Shown: positions 15,932 to 23,071 of the stretch, piece by piece | Layout: each line of letters starts with the position of its first letter | Numbering within the stretch: the first letter of the stretch is position 1 | Source: Polynucleobacter sp. KF022 | Lineage (GTDB): Bacteria > Pseudomonadota > Gammaproteobacteria > Burkholderiales > Burkholderiaceae | Direction of reading: 5' to 3' | DNA length: 32,000 nt | Assembly (NCBI RefSeq): GCF_027924105.1 | Contig: NZ_AP026972.1 | Span: 1,439,367-1,471,366, forward strand | Notes under the pieces: generated by a model | What the model was told of the DNA's origin: nothing | The model's input: the letters and a program-made list of their open reading frames with translations, nothing else | Database searches by the model: none | Made by a program: the position numbers and the translations under genes

Positions 15932-16600
15932 TTAAAAGTCGCCCGAATTAATCTCAGTTTCGTCAAAATCAGGGAAGTAATTTGCAATTACATCCCTCAT
16001 TTTGGCTTGTCTCTCAAACACCTCAGACATTTGATCTTCAAGCTCCGCTTGCTCATCTTCAGATAAATCATCATCTTGACTAGCGTATAGATCTTCGTAC
16101 TCACAGAAACATATGCCTAGCGCTTCAACTGATCTGCATATTTCATCAATTACGCCTGAGCAATCTAATGCCGTAAATTCTTTAATGTAGCTATTTTGAG
16201 AGAGATTTGACATATCTAGTGATAGATCTACGTCAACAGGTATCGCAAAAAAACTATTCTTACGACCCAATCCCACTACAAGCAGTTGTTGTGTATATAA
16301 ATTAATGAATAAAAAATTGGGGAGATGTACGCCATCAGATAGCACCTTACTCAGGCGTGGGTAAACATCTAGAAATCCTTGTTCGATTTCTTTGTTGTAG
16401 TCTGAGAGCGATACAACTAAAAGGTGATGCGTGAACCTATCGCCATGTAGTTTTACCAACTTATCAAATACTTTTTCATTAAAGGCAGCGTTGTTAGCCT
16501 TACTCATCCACTCTTTTGAATAAACATCAATCAAATGGCCACTTTCCTTCAATCTCTTAATTAAGTCTAAAGCCGCGCTTGTTCCACCAGAAATTTTCAT
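15932..16600 (-). CDS. hypothetical protein (222 aa) with strongly acidic C-terminal tail
   Basis: It starts 35 nt after the recombinase stop on the same strand and is likely co-transcribed. The tail is YASQDDDLSEDEQAELEDQMSEVFE...DFDETEINSGDF. Confidence 0.6.
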   Translation of the reverse strand: MKISGGTSAALDLIKRLKESGHLIDVYSKEWMSKANNAAFNEKVFDKLVKLHGDRFTHHLLVVSLSDYNKEIEQGFLDVYPRLSKVLSDGVHLPNFLFINLYTQQLLVVGLGRKNSFFAIPVDVDLSLDMSNLSQNSYIKEFTALDCSGVIDEICRSVEALGICFCEYEDLYASQDDDLSEDEQAELEDQMSEVFERQAKMRDVIANYFPDFDETEINSGDF

Positions 16601-16635
16601 GCCCCGACCTTATTAAAGTTTTTTCAAAATATTTT

Positions 16636-17202
16636 TTATATTAATTCAACAGCATTACGCATCAAATCCGGATTTACGTCAATATACTTCTGAGTAACGG
16701 CAATGGATTTATGTCCCGCCAATCCAGCCAATACCCTTACGGAGATCCCTTTGTTTGCCAGCGTAGTAATGAAGGTTCTACGTCCACTGTGACTGGAAGC
16801 TCCAGCGATACCGGCATTGCGATAAGCCCAAAAGAACCACTGACATAAGGAGTTTGCCGAGAAGCCCAAGCGCTTTGAAGTATGAAAGAATGGCACATCC
16901 GGGAACTTTGCATAGCGAGTAGCCAAATAAATCGCTAGCTCATCTTGTAATTTCTTTGGTAAAAATACGGTTCTTGGTTGACCGCCTTTTGTCTGCGCCG
17001 CACTTAAGCGCACTTCGTTACGAATACTGCCGTCTTCATTTACTACATCCCGCATCTTTAAACTAGCTATCTCAGCAACCCGAAGCCCTGAGTAGCAACT
17101 TGTCAATATCAACGCCCTATCGCGCTCTGGATACTTCTTAGTTGCTACATATGCCAATACCTTATCTAGCTCTTCCGGAGTCAATGTCTTTGCTTGTGCC
17201 AT
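16636..17202 (-). CDS. tyrosine recombinase, catalytic domain only (188 aa, FimB/FimE-sized)
   Basis: Candidate catalytic residues are all present: R in YSGLRVAEI, K in AQTKGG, HxxR in SHSGRRTF, H in LAGHKS and Y in VTQKYI. There is no N-terminal core-binding or arm-binding domain. Confidence 0.85.
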   Translation of the reverse strand: MAQAKTLTPEELDKVLAYVATKKYPERDRALILTSCYSGLRVAEIASLKMRDVVNEDGSIRNEVRLSAAQTKGGQPRTVFLPKKLQDELAIYLATRYAKFPDVPFFHTSKRLGFSANSLCQWFFWAYRNAGIAGASSHSGRRTFITTLANKGISVRVLAGLAGHKSIAVTQKYIDVNPDLMRNAVELI

Positions 17203-17261
17203 TTGTTTTTCCTTTGCAGTTAATAAAAAGCATGTATGTAGTGTGTTTTCTTTTGTGGGAA

Positions 17262-17277
17262 AGGTCGACCTCTATTT
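17262..17277 (-). repeat. left copy of 16-bp inverted repeat AAATAGAGGTCG(A/C)CCT
   Basis: The reverse complement of 17262..17277 is AAATAGAGGTCGACCT. This matches 18440..18455 (AAATAGAGGTCGCCCT) at 15 of 16 positions. It lies 59 nt upstream of the recombinase ATG. Confidence 0.7.
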
Positions 17278-17584
17278 GCCATGAGGTACTTTTGAATTCT
17301 TATGATTTGTCATGTTTGCACTAGGTTTTCCAGTAAAACTATGGGTTTCCAAGATCTTCCAAGAATCAACGACTTGCAAAAATTCCAAAAGATTATGTAT
17401 TTTTTCTTATGTGAACACTACGCTTAATATTTAGCTGTTTTGTGTGAGATCTAGACAACAAATTGACTAATAATTTAACTACTGAATAAGCAATTTCTGT
17501 GGGTTTTTGACACACTGCTAGAAACACCTCAAATCTACGCTGTATTACGTTTACGCAATCTCAGCTACTTGGGGCTAAGAATGC

Positions 17585-17612
17585 AAAAAGCCCGCATTTA
17601 ACGGGCTTTTTT
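17585..17612. terminator. bidirectional intrinsic terminator AAAAAGCCCG-CATTTAA-CGGGCTTTTTT
   Basis: A GC stem flanked by an A-run and a T-run. It lies 34 nt after the stop of the 17646..18104 gene on the minus strand. Confidence 0.6.
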
Positions 17613-17645
17613 GAGGGGTTTATTAGCATTCTTATGTGTTAGCTA

Positions 17646-18104
17646 TTACTGCCACACTGTTAAATCCACATTAGTAGCAATAAACACGGGCAGCTTGGGT
17701 CCTGCGTTTTTGCAGTGGCGCACTGGCAAGTCCCAGCTCCCTTTTGTGCCCCGCTGCTCATCGCCAATACGCAAATGCATTTCCCCGCTATCTGGCAAGT
17801 ATGCACAAAATCCTGGCACAGTTTGCTTAATTTTTGCATCCCTATCCCAATGCAATATCCATGACATCAGAATATTGGGCGCTTTAGGTAAGTCTGTATT
17901 AATCAGCTCATTGACGATATCTATTTGCTCTTGTGTCTGAGCACGGTTTTCCCAATGGATGTAGCTATAAAAATCAACTAAATACTTTTGCATTGGGTTA
18001 TGTAGTTCAATTGAGCCGTTATATGCGGCGCGATTAAACACCATATTTCCATAGCTTCCTGCAAATTTTTCATTAATAAACATTCTGACTGCAATTTCTC
18101 TCAT
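17646..18104 (-). CDS. hypothetical protein (152 aa)
   Basis: The ORF has a GGAG-containing leader (aaaaGGAGataaaaATG). I recognise no family. Confidence 0.55.
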   Translation of the reverse strand: MREIAVRMFINEKFAGSYGNMVFNRAAYNGSIELHNPMQKYLVDFYSYIHWENRAQTQEQIDIVNELINTDLPKAPNILMSWILHWDRDAKIKQTVPGFCAYLPDSGEMHLRIGDEQRGTKGSWDLPVRHCKNAGPKLPVFIATNVDLTVWQ

Positions 18105-18439
18105 TTTTATCTCCTTTTAGATGAGTGATGTTGCAAGTCGCTTGGTTGATTAGTTTCTTAGTTAGTTACTAGAAGAAGAGATCTCAAAAGATCGTTACTT
18201 AGTGATTAGTTGCTTCTCTCAATAGAGAGAAGTGCTTTTGTGTTGCTAGTCAGAGTTATTCATTTGCCACTAAGTGACTCACTTAACTCCATTAGCCACT
18301 ACTTACTCAGCTAGTAACGCTTTTCCCATACCCCTGTAACCCACTCTGTCGCAACCGAGCAACTCACAAAAATATTTATCCCTTGATAAGAAAGACCGCA
18401 TTTTTTCTATCCAAAATGCTCTGAATTCCGTAGATCATT

Positions 18440-18455
18440 AAATAGAGGTCGCCCT
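18440..18455 (+). repeat. right copy of 16-bp inverted repeat AAATAGAGGTCG(A/C)CCT
   Basis: See 17262..17277. It lies 56 nt upstream of the ATG at 18512. Confidence 0.7.
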
Positions 18456-18511
18456 AAACCCGTGATCAGCCATACATTGCTTGTGTACCCCACTTTTGTA
18501 AGGAGAGCACC

Positions 18512-18964
18512 ATGGGCACACCAAATACCTTAAGTAATCTGCAATTTGTCGATGCTGTACGACCAAGATCTATTCCGGCAGTACAGCAAAGACGTAATAA
18601 GCTAAGCAATAAACTTTGGGAGCAGATTCAATTGGCTAGGAGCCAGATTGAACATACCCACTTTGTTGTGAAACGGAGGGTTACCGTTAAAGACGTAGAA
18701 GGAAACTATAAAAGCATTGAGCGCCCTAAACGTATCAAGCCCTGGTGGTTTATGGGAGCTGATGGCACCTTATGCCTATCGGTGTTTTACGGCAGTAAAC
18801 GTATTGAAATTGTTCCCGGAAAAACATCCATCTGTGTGGCAAATATGACTGACTTAATAGCTGTACTAGACTTACTCAAGTCAGAGACTGAAGCTGGTAG
18901 CCTTGATGTAGCAATTGAGGTAGCTAGTGGCGCACTAAAAATGAATTTCAATAAATACAAGTAG
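18512..18964 (+). CDS. hypothetical protein (150 aa), resembles an island-associated family I recall as DUF6641
   Basis: A strong Shine-Dalgarno (AAGGAGAGCACCATG). The pattern ...VQQRRNKLSNKLWEQIQLARSQ...KPWWF...LSVFYGSKRIE...AGSLDVAIE... matches my memory of small proteins common in proteobacterial genomic islands. This is unverified. Confidence 0.6.
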   Translation: MGTPNTLSNLQFVDAVRPRSIPAVQQRRNKLSNKLWEQIQLARSQIEHTHFVVKRRVTVKDVEGNYKSIERPKRIKPWWFMGADGTLCLSVFYGSKRIEIVPGKTSICVANMTDLIAVLDLLKSETEAGSLDVAIEVASGALKMNFNKYK

Positions 18965-18974
18965 ATAGCTATAC

Positions 18975-18997
18975 AAGCGTTACTTAAAGTAACGCTT
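18975..18997 (+). terminator. perfect hairpin AAGCGTTACTT-A-AAGTAACGCTT after the 18512..18964 gene
   Basis: An 11-bp inverted repeat 10 nt after the stop. The T-tract is weak (GATTTG), so terminator function is uncertain. The core GTTACTT-N-AAGTAAC recurs at 14114..14128. Confidence 0.45.
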
Positions 18998-19035
18998 GAT
19001 TTGCAAAAGCTAGATAAGAAAAGCTAAATATCTAT

Positions 19036-19182
19036 ATGAAAAGATATAAGGCAACCGTCAATGCAGCGGGAATGTGGATAGAAACGATTCTCTATGCTCA
19101 AAATCAAGCTCAGGCATATGCACTATTTAAGGCAATTTTTGGTTCTAGCAACGTGCCGCATCAACCGCTACAGATTGGTTAA
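19036..19182 (+). CDS. possible small ORF (48 aa)
   Basis: My own translation gives MKRYKATVNAAGMWIETILYAQNQAQAYALFKAIFGSSNVPHQPLQIG. There is no convincing Shine-Dalgarno. Its stop is 2 nt before the next ATG. Confidence 0.25.
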   Translation: MKRYKATVNAAGMWIETILYAQNQAQAYALFKAIFGSSNVPHQPLQIG

Positions 19183-19184
19183 CC

Positions 19185-19346
19185 ATGCGATTTAATGAAA
19201 TAGCCCCAATTAAGCCCTTAAGCCCAGAGCAAGCAAGACTTAAATCAATGAAGGATCGCGTCAAGCGCGACCAAGAGGCAGTTAAGGCTGAACGGGCTAG
19301 ACAAAAGATTAAAAGTGGGCAGGAGCAATTAACCCGTATTTCTTAA
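19185..19346 (+). CDS. possible small ORF (53 aa), charged/helical
   Basis: My own translation gives [53 protein letters not shown]. Its 3' end overlaps the convergent ppc stop by 18 nt. There is no clear Shine-Dalgarno. Confidence 0.2.
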   Translation: MRFNEIAPIKPLSPEQARLKSMKDRVKRDQEAVKAERARQKIKSGQEQLTRIS

Positions 19347-22145
19347 TCCTGCTGCAATGCCATTAATCGCAATATGAATACCCCTTTGCACCCGCTCATC
19401 ATGCTTACCTGCACGATAGCGCCGAACGAGTTCAACTTGCAAGTGGTGAAGTGGATCAATATAAGGGAAGCGATTTCTAATGGATCTTGCTAGGGCTGGA
19501 TTCTTAGCCAAACGAACCTTCTCGCCAGTTACTAAATTCAAGGCATCAACTGTTTTGTTCCACTCAGTCTCGATAGCGCCAAAGATTTTCTTGCGCAACT
19601 TCACATCAGGAACTAGCTCACTATATCTAGAGGCCAATGCTAGATCACTCTTGGCCAACGCCATATCCATGTTGGACAATAAAGTTCTAAAGAAAGGCCA
19701 CTCTTTGTACATCTTTTGCAGTAGGCTCAAAGCAGCCTTTTTATCAGCGGCCTTGGGTTGATTCAAAAACGCCTGCACTGCAGAGCCAAACCCATACCAA
19801 CCTGGAAGCGTTAAGCGACACTGACCCCAACTAAAGCCCCATGGAATAGCTCGCAGATCTTCAATCTTTTGACTGGCTTTGCGACTAGCTGGACGTGAAC
19901 CAATATTGAGCTTAGCAATCTCCCGGATAGGTGTGGCATCAAAGAAATACTCTGCAAATCCTGGGGTCTCATACACAAGACCACGATATGCGTCCATGCT
20001 TGCTTGCGAGATTTGAGCAGCTGCATCTAAGAAAGCCTTGCTAGCTTGTTTAGTGGGCTTTAATAAAGTGGCCTCTAAAGTTGCGGCAACCAAGGTCTCA
20101 AGATTGCGCCTGCCAATCTCAGGATTGGCATACTTAGATCCAATCACCTCACCCTGCTCCGTTAAACGAATTTGCCCACGCACCGTTCCCGGAGGTTGCG
20201 CCAGGATCGCCTCATAGCTTGGACCACCTCCACGACCTACTGTACCGCCCCTGCCATGGAATAGTCGTAATTTCACTCCATGCTTACCTTCCAGAGACTC
20301 AAATACCTTAACTAAAGCGAGCTCGGCGCAATACAACTCCCAATTGCTGGTAACAATGCCTCCGTCCTTATTGGAGTCTGAGTACCCCAACATAATGTCT
20401 TGCTCGCCACCAGAGCGTTTGACTAAATCTAATATGCCAGGCAAGTCATAAAACTCTTGCATGATGTGCGCTGCATTGCGTAAATCATCAATTGTTTCAA
20501 ACAAAGGCACAACGATGAGATCGGCAGTCGCTTTTTTACCCAGAGTCTCATGTAATAAGCCTACTTCTTTTTGAAGTAATAAGACTTCCAGCAAATCACT
20601 AACAGTTTCGGTATGGCTAATGATGTAATGGCGTATAGCCTCAGCACCAAATAACTCACGCATTCTCTTTGCCATTTCAAATATGGCGATTTCAGAAATG
20701 GAAAATTCTGAATACTTATGCCCAACTACTCGTAGCGGTCTAGGATCTTTTAATAAAGAGAGTAATAACTTACGCTTTTCGCCCTCTGACAAAGCAGAAT
20801 AATTACATTCAATCGCGGCAAAATTCAGCAACTCCGATAGAACTTCTTCGTGCTTATCAGAGCTTTGACGTAAATCCACGGTAGCCAAATGAAATCCGAA
20901 TACTTCTACCGCGCGAATTAAGCCACGGAGCCTGCGATTAACCAATGCCTTCGCGCCTTGTGAAACCAATGAAGCCTCAATTGTTTGCAAATCCGTTAGA
21001 AATTCTTGTGAAGATTTATAGGGATTTTGAGGTGCAATCGCATGCCGGGCGGCATCCTGCCCCGTAAGGCTCTTGAGTGCTGCAGCCAGGCGAGCATACA
21101 TTCCCGTTAAAGCTCTGCGATAAGGTTCATCCTGACGATGCTCATTGGTATCGGGTGAGGCATTGGCCAAGTCCTGCATTTTTTTAGTGAACTTCAATAG
21201 CAATGCCGAGACTGATAACTCTTTACCTAAATAATGCACTTCAGTGAGGTAGTGGCGTAGTGCCAATTCGGCTTGACGGGTGATTGCATATTGCAAAGTA
21301 TCTGCACTGACATTGGGATTGCCATCGCGATCCCCACCAATCCACTGCCCCATCTTGAGAAAACTCGCCACCGCTTCCGCACCCAAAGAGTCTTCTAACT
21401 GAGCATAGATTTTGGGGATTTCCGAGAGGAACGTCATCTCATAGTAAGTGAGCGCATTCTCAATCTCATCGGCAACAGTAAGCTTAGTAAAGCGTAATAA
21501 ACGTGTGTGCCAAAGCTGCAATACCCTAGCTTTAATTTGTTCTTCGTTTTGCTTAAGTTCTTCATTAAGCAAAGCATCCTTATTGGGAGTACTTGCTTTA
21601 GAAGACTCCTTAATTTGATCTCTTGCTACTAACAACTGGGCAATATCACGCTCGGATTCCAAGATGCTGGTTCTTTGTACTTCGGTTGGATGGGCTGTGA
21701 GTACCGGAGAGATCAGACTACCCTCAAGCATTTGAGAGATCGCTTTACTGGTAATGCCTGCGGCATGAAGCTTTTTCATAGCTACCGGAATACTACCGTC
21801 CTGATGACTGCCCATTCGCTCATAAGCAACTCTACGGCGGATGTAATGCCTATCTTCAGCCAAGTTAGCCAGGTGGCTGAAATAGGTAAAGGCCCTGAGC
21901 ACTTTCATCGCAGCCTCACTGCTTAAACCTTTCAGTAATTTTGTTAATTCTTGATTGGCTTTTTGATTGGCATCACGGTGAAAGACCACTGAGAGCTTTC
22001 GAACTTGCTCAACCAGGTTATAGACAGCATCGCCTTCATGCTCTCGGACAATATCACCCAAGATTTTTCCTAGTAGGCGGATGTCATCAGTTAATGGGAC
22101 TTCCGTATTCTTTAATTCTGAAGCAGATCTCTTGAGAACTCTCAC
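19329..22145 (-). CDS. ppc: phosphoenolpyruvate carboxylase
   Basis: Family motifs [18 protein letters not shown] and [14 protein letters not shown], plus the C-terminal GLRNTG. The GTG start at 22145 overlaps the TGA stop of the upstream regulator (GTGA). Confidence 0.95.
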   Translation of the reverse strand: MRVLKRSASELKNTEVPLTDDIRLLGKILGDIVREHEGDAVYNLVEQVRKLSVVFHRDANQKANQELTKLLKGLSSEAAMKVLRAFTYFSHLANLAEDRHYIRRRVAYERMGSHQDGSIPVAMKKLHAAGITSKAISQMLEGSLISPVLTAHPTEVQRTSILESERDIAQLLVARDQIKESSKASTPNKDALLNEELKQNEEQIKARVLQLWHTRLLRFTKLTVADEIENALTYYEMTFLSEIPKIYAQLEDSLGAEAVASFLKMGQWIGGDRDGNPNVSADTLQYAITRQAELALRHYLTEVHYLGKELSVSALLLKFTKKMQDLANASPDTNEHRQDEPYRRALTGMYARLAAALKSLTGQDAARHAIAPQNPYKSSQEFLTDLQTIEASLVSQGAKALVNRRLRGLIRAVEVFGFHLATVDLRQSSDKHEEVLSELLNFAAIECNYSALSEGEKRKLLLSLLKDPRPLRVVGHKYSEFSISEIAIFEMAKRMRELFGAEAIRHYIISHTETVSDLLEVLLLQKEVGLLHETLGKKATADLIVVPLFETIDDLRNAAHIMQEFYDLPGILDLVKRSGGEQDIMLGYSDSNKDGGIVTSNWELYCAELALVKVFESLEGKHGVKLRLFHGRGGTVGRGGGPSYEAILAQPPGTVRGQIRLTEQGEVIGSKYANPEIGRRNLETLVAATLEATLLKPTKQASKAFLDAAAQISQASMDAYRGLVYETPGFAEYFFDATPIREIAKLNIGSRPASRKASQKIEDLRAIPWGFSWGQCRLTLPGWYGFGSAVQAFLNQPKAADKKAALSLLQKMYKEWPFFRTLLSNMDMALAKSDLALASRYSELVPDVKLRKKIFGAIETEWNKTVDALNLVTGEKVRLAKNPALARSIRNRFPYIDPLHHLQVELVRRYRAGKHDERVQRGIHIAINGIAAGLRNTG

Positions 22146-22903
22146 TTCACCCCACCCCTTCTACGAATAGCGCTTTGGAAACGCTCATGTTCTTCAGCGC
22201 TAGCCTTCATGCTCTTTTTCACATACTTAATATGCTCCCTAGAAACTTCCAATGCCTTTTCAGGAGATCTGTTTTTAATAGCGGACCATATATCCAAATG
22301 CTGCGCCTCTAAGTGCATCCTATCTTTAGGTCTGGCATTAAGATATTTTAGATTTCGGGTCACATGATTATTAATTAGCTTTAATAAAATTGCACTTAAA
22401 TGGCCGATCAGGACATTGTGAGAGGCCTCGGCTACAGCCTGATGAAATTTCACATCCGCTCCCACCATTTCTATGAGCTCCCCATTAGCATAAGCCTTAT
22501 TCACCGCGATATAAGCCTGCTCTAAATTATGCAAATCAGCATCAGTAGCTCGCGTTGCAGCAAGGTAGGCCGCCTGACCCTCAAGCATGTCGCGAAAATC
22601 CAAAATATCATCTTGGATATTGGGATGCTTAAATAACATCTCTTGCCAAGAATCAGCAAAAGACGAGTCAAGTTGGTCAGTAACAATCGTTCCCCCACCA
22701 TGACGTGTATGCAATAAACCTTTGGTAACTAAAGTTTTAATTGCCTCTCTAATAGTAGGTCTTGAAACACCCATATCTACAGCAAGATCCCTTTCAGAAG
22801 GAAGCTGATCACCTGGTTTTAGCGAACCCTCCAATATTTGCACCTCAATGACCTTTACCACTTTGTCTGAAATGCGCTCTTTATTGCGAATTAATTGATT
22901 CAT
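22142..22903 (-). CDS. GntR-family (FadR/FCD subfamily; PdhR/LldR-like) transcriptional regulator
   Basis: An N-terminal winged HTH ([31 protein letters not shown]). An all-helical FCD-type C-terminal domain follows. Confidence 0.85.
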   Translation of the reverse strand: MNQLIRNKERISDKVVKVIEVQILEGSLKPGDQLPSERDLAVDMGVSRPTIREAIKTLVTKGLLHTRHGGGTIVTDQLDSSFADSWQEMLFKHPNIQDDILDFRDMLEGQAAYLAATRATDADLHNLEQAYIAVNKAYANGELIEMVGADVKFHQAVAEASHNVLIGHLSAILLKLINNHVTRNLKYLNARPKDRMHLEAQHLDIWSAIKNRSPEKALEVSREHIKYVKKSMKASAEEHERFQSAIRRRGGVK

Positions 22904-22904
22904 C

Positions 22905-22915
22905 TGGTATGACCA
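22905..22915. promoter_or_regulatory. TGGTATGACCA palindromic operator candidate (FadR-subfamily TGGT-N3-ACCA type)
   Basis: A perfect TGGT/ACCA inverted repeat. It begins 2 nt upstream of the regulator's start codon. Confidence 0.5.
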
Positions 22916-23032
22916 CTTTACGTTTTTATTTCATATTTTGAAATGTTATCTATAATTTAGTATTTAAACCCCTATATTAGGGAATATACCTAGAAATAAT
23001 CTGTCACATTGTATTCACAATGCATCCTGTTT

Positions 23033-23043
23033 TGGTATTACCA
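23033..23043. promoter_or_regulatory. TGGTATTACCA palindromic operator candidate
   Basis: A second TGGT-N3-ACCA palindrome, 29 nt upstream of the GTG start of the LldD-like gene. Confidence 0.5.
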
Positions 23044-23071
23044 GTTTACCAATTATTAATGAGGATCCATT

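Larger units (their letters stand above)
11715..19328. mobile_element. putative decayed integrative genomic islet (tRNA-fragment-bounded, recombinase-bearing, AT-rich orphan genes); right boundary uncertain
   Basis: A tRNA 3' fragment marks the left edge and a tyrosine recombinase lies inside. All other CDSs are orphan or poorly characterised. The DNA looks AT-richer by eye than both flanks. Repeat families are confined to this interval. The flanking genes on both sides are housekeeping genes. Confidence 0.55.

Noticed and set aside
15042-18450. The direct copies of AAATAGAGGTC at 15042 and 18440 as attL/attR of a 3.4-kb excisable unit.
   Set aside because: Only 11 bp are shared and the flanks diverge immediately. 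The recombinase would sit mid-element and the unit would cut through a divergent promoter region. It is less parsimonious than the operator or inverted-repeat interpretations. It is covered by the excision-PCR test proposed above.
23002-23022. A CRP-like half-site pair TGTCA...TCACA and the small inverted repeat CATTGT-ATTC-ACAATG in the regulator/dehydrogenase intergenic region.
   Set aside because: The spacing between TGTCA and TCACA is 8 nt, not the 6 nt of the CRP consensus. The short inverted repeat could easily be chance in AT-rich promoter DNA. I kept only the TGGT-N3-ACCA palindromes.
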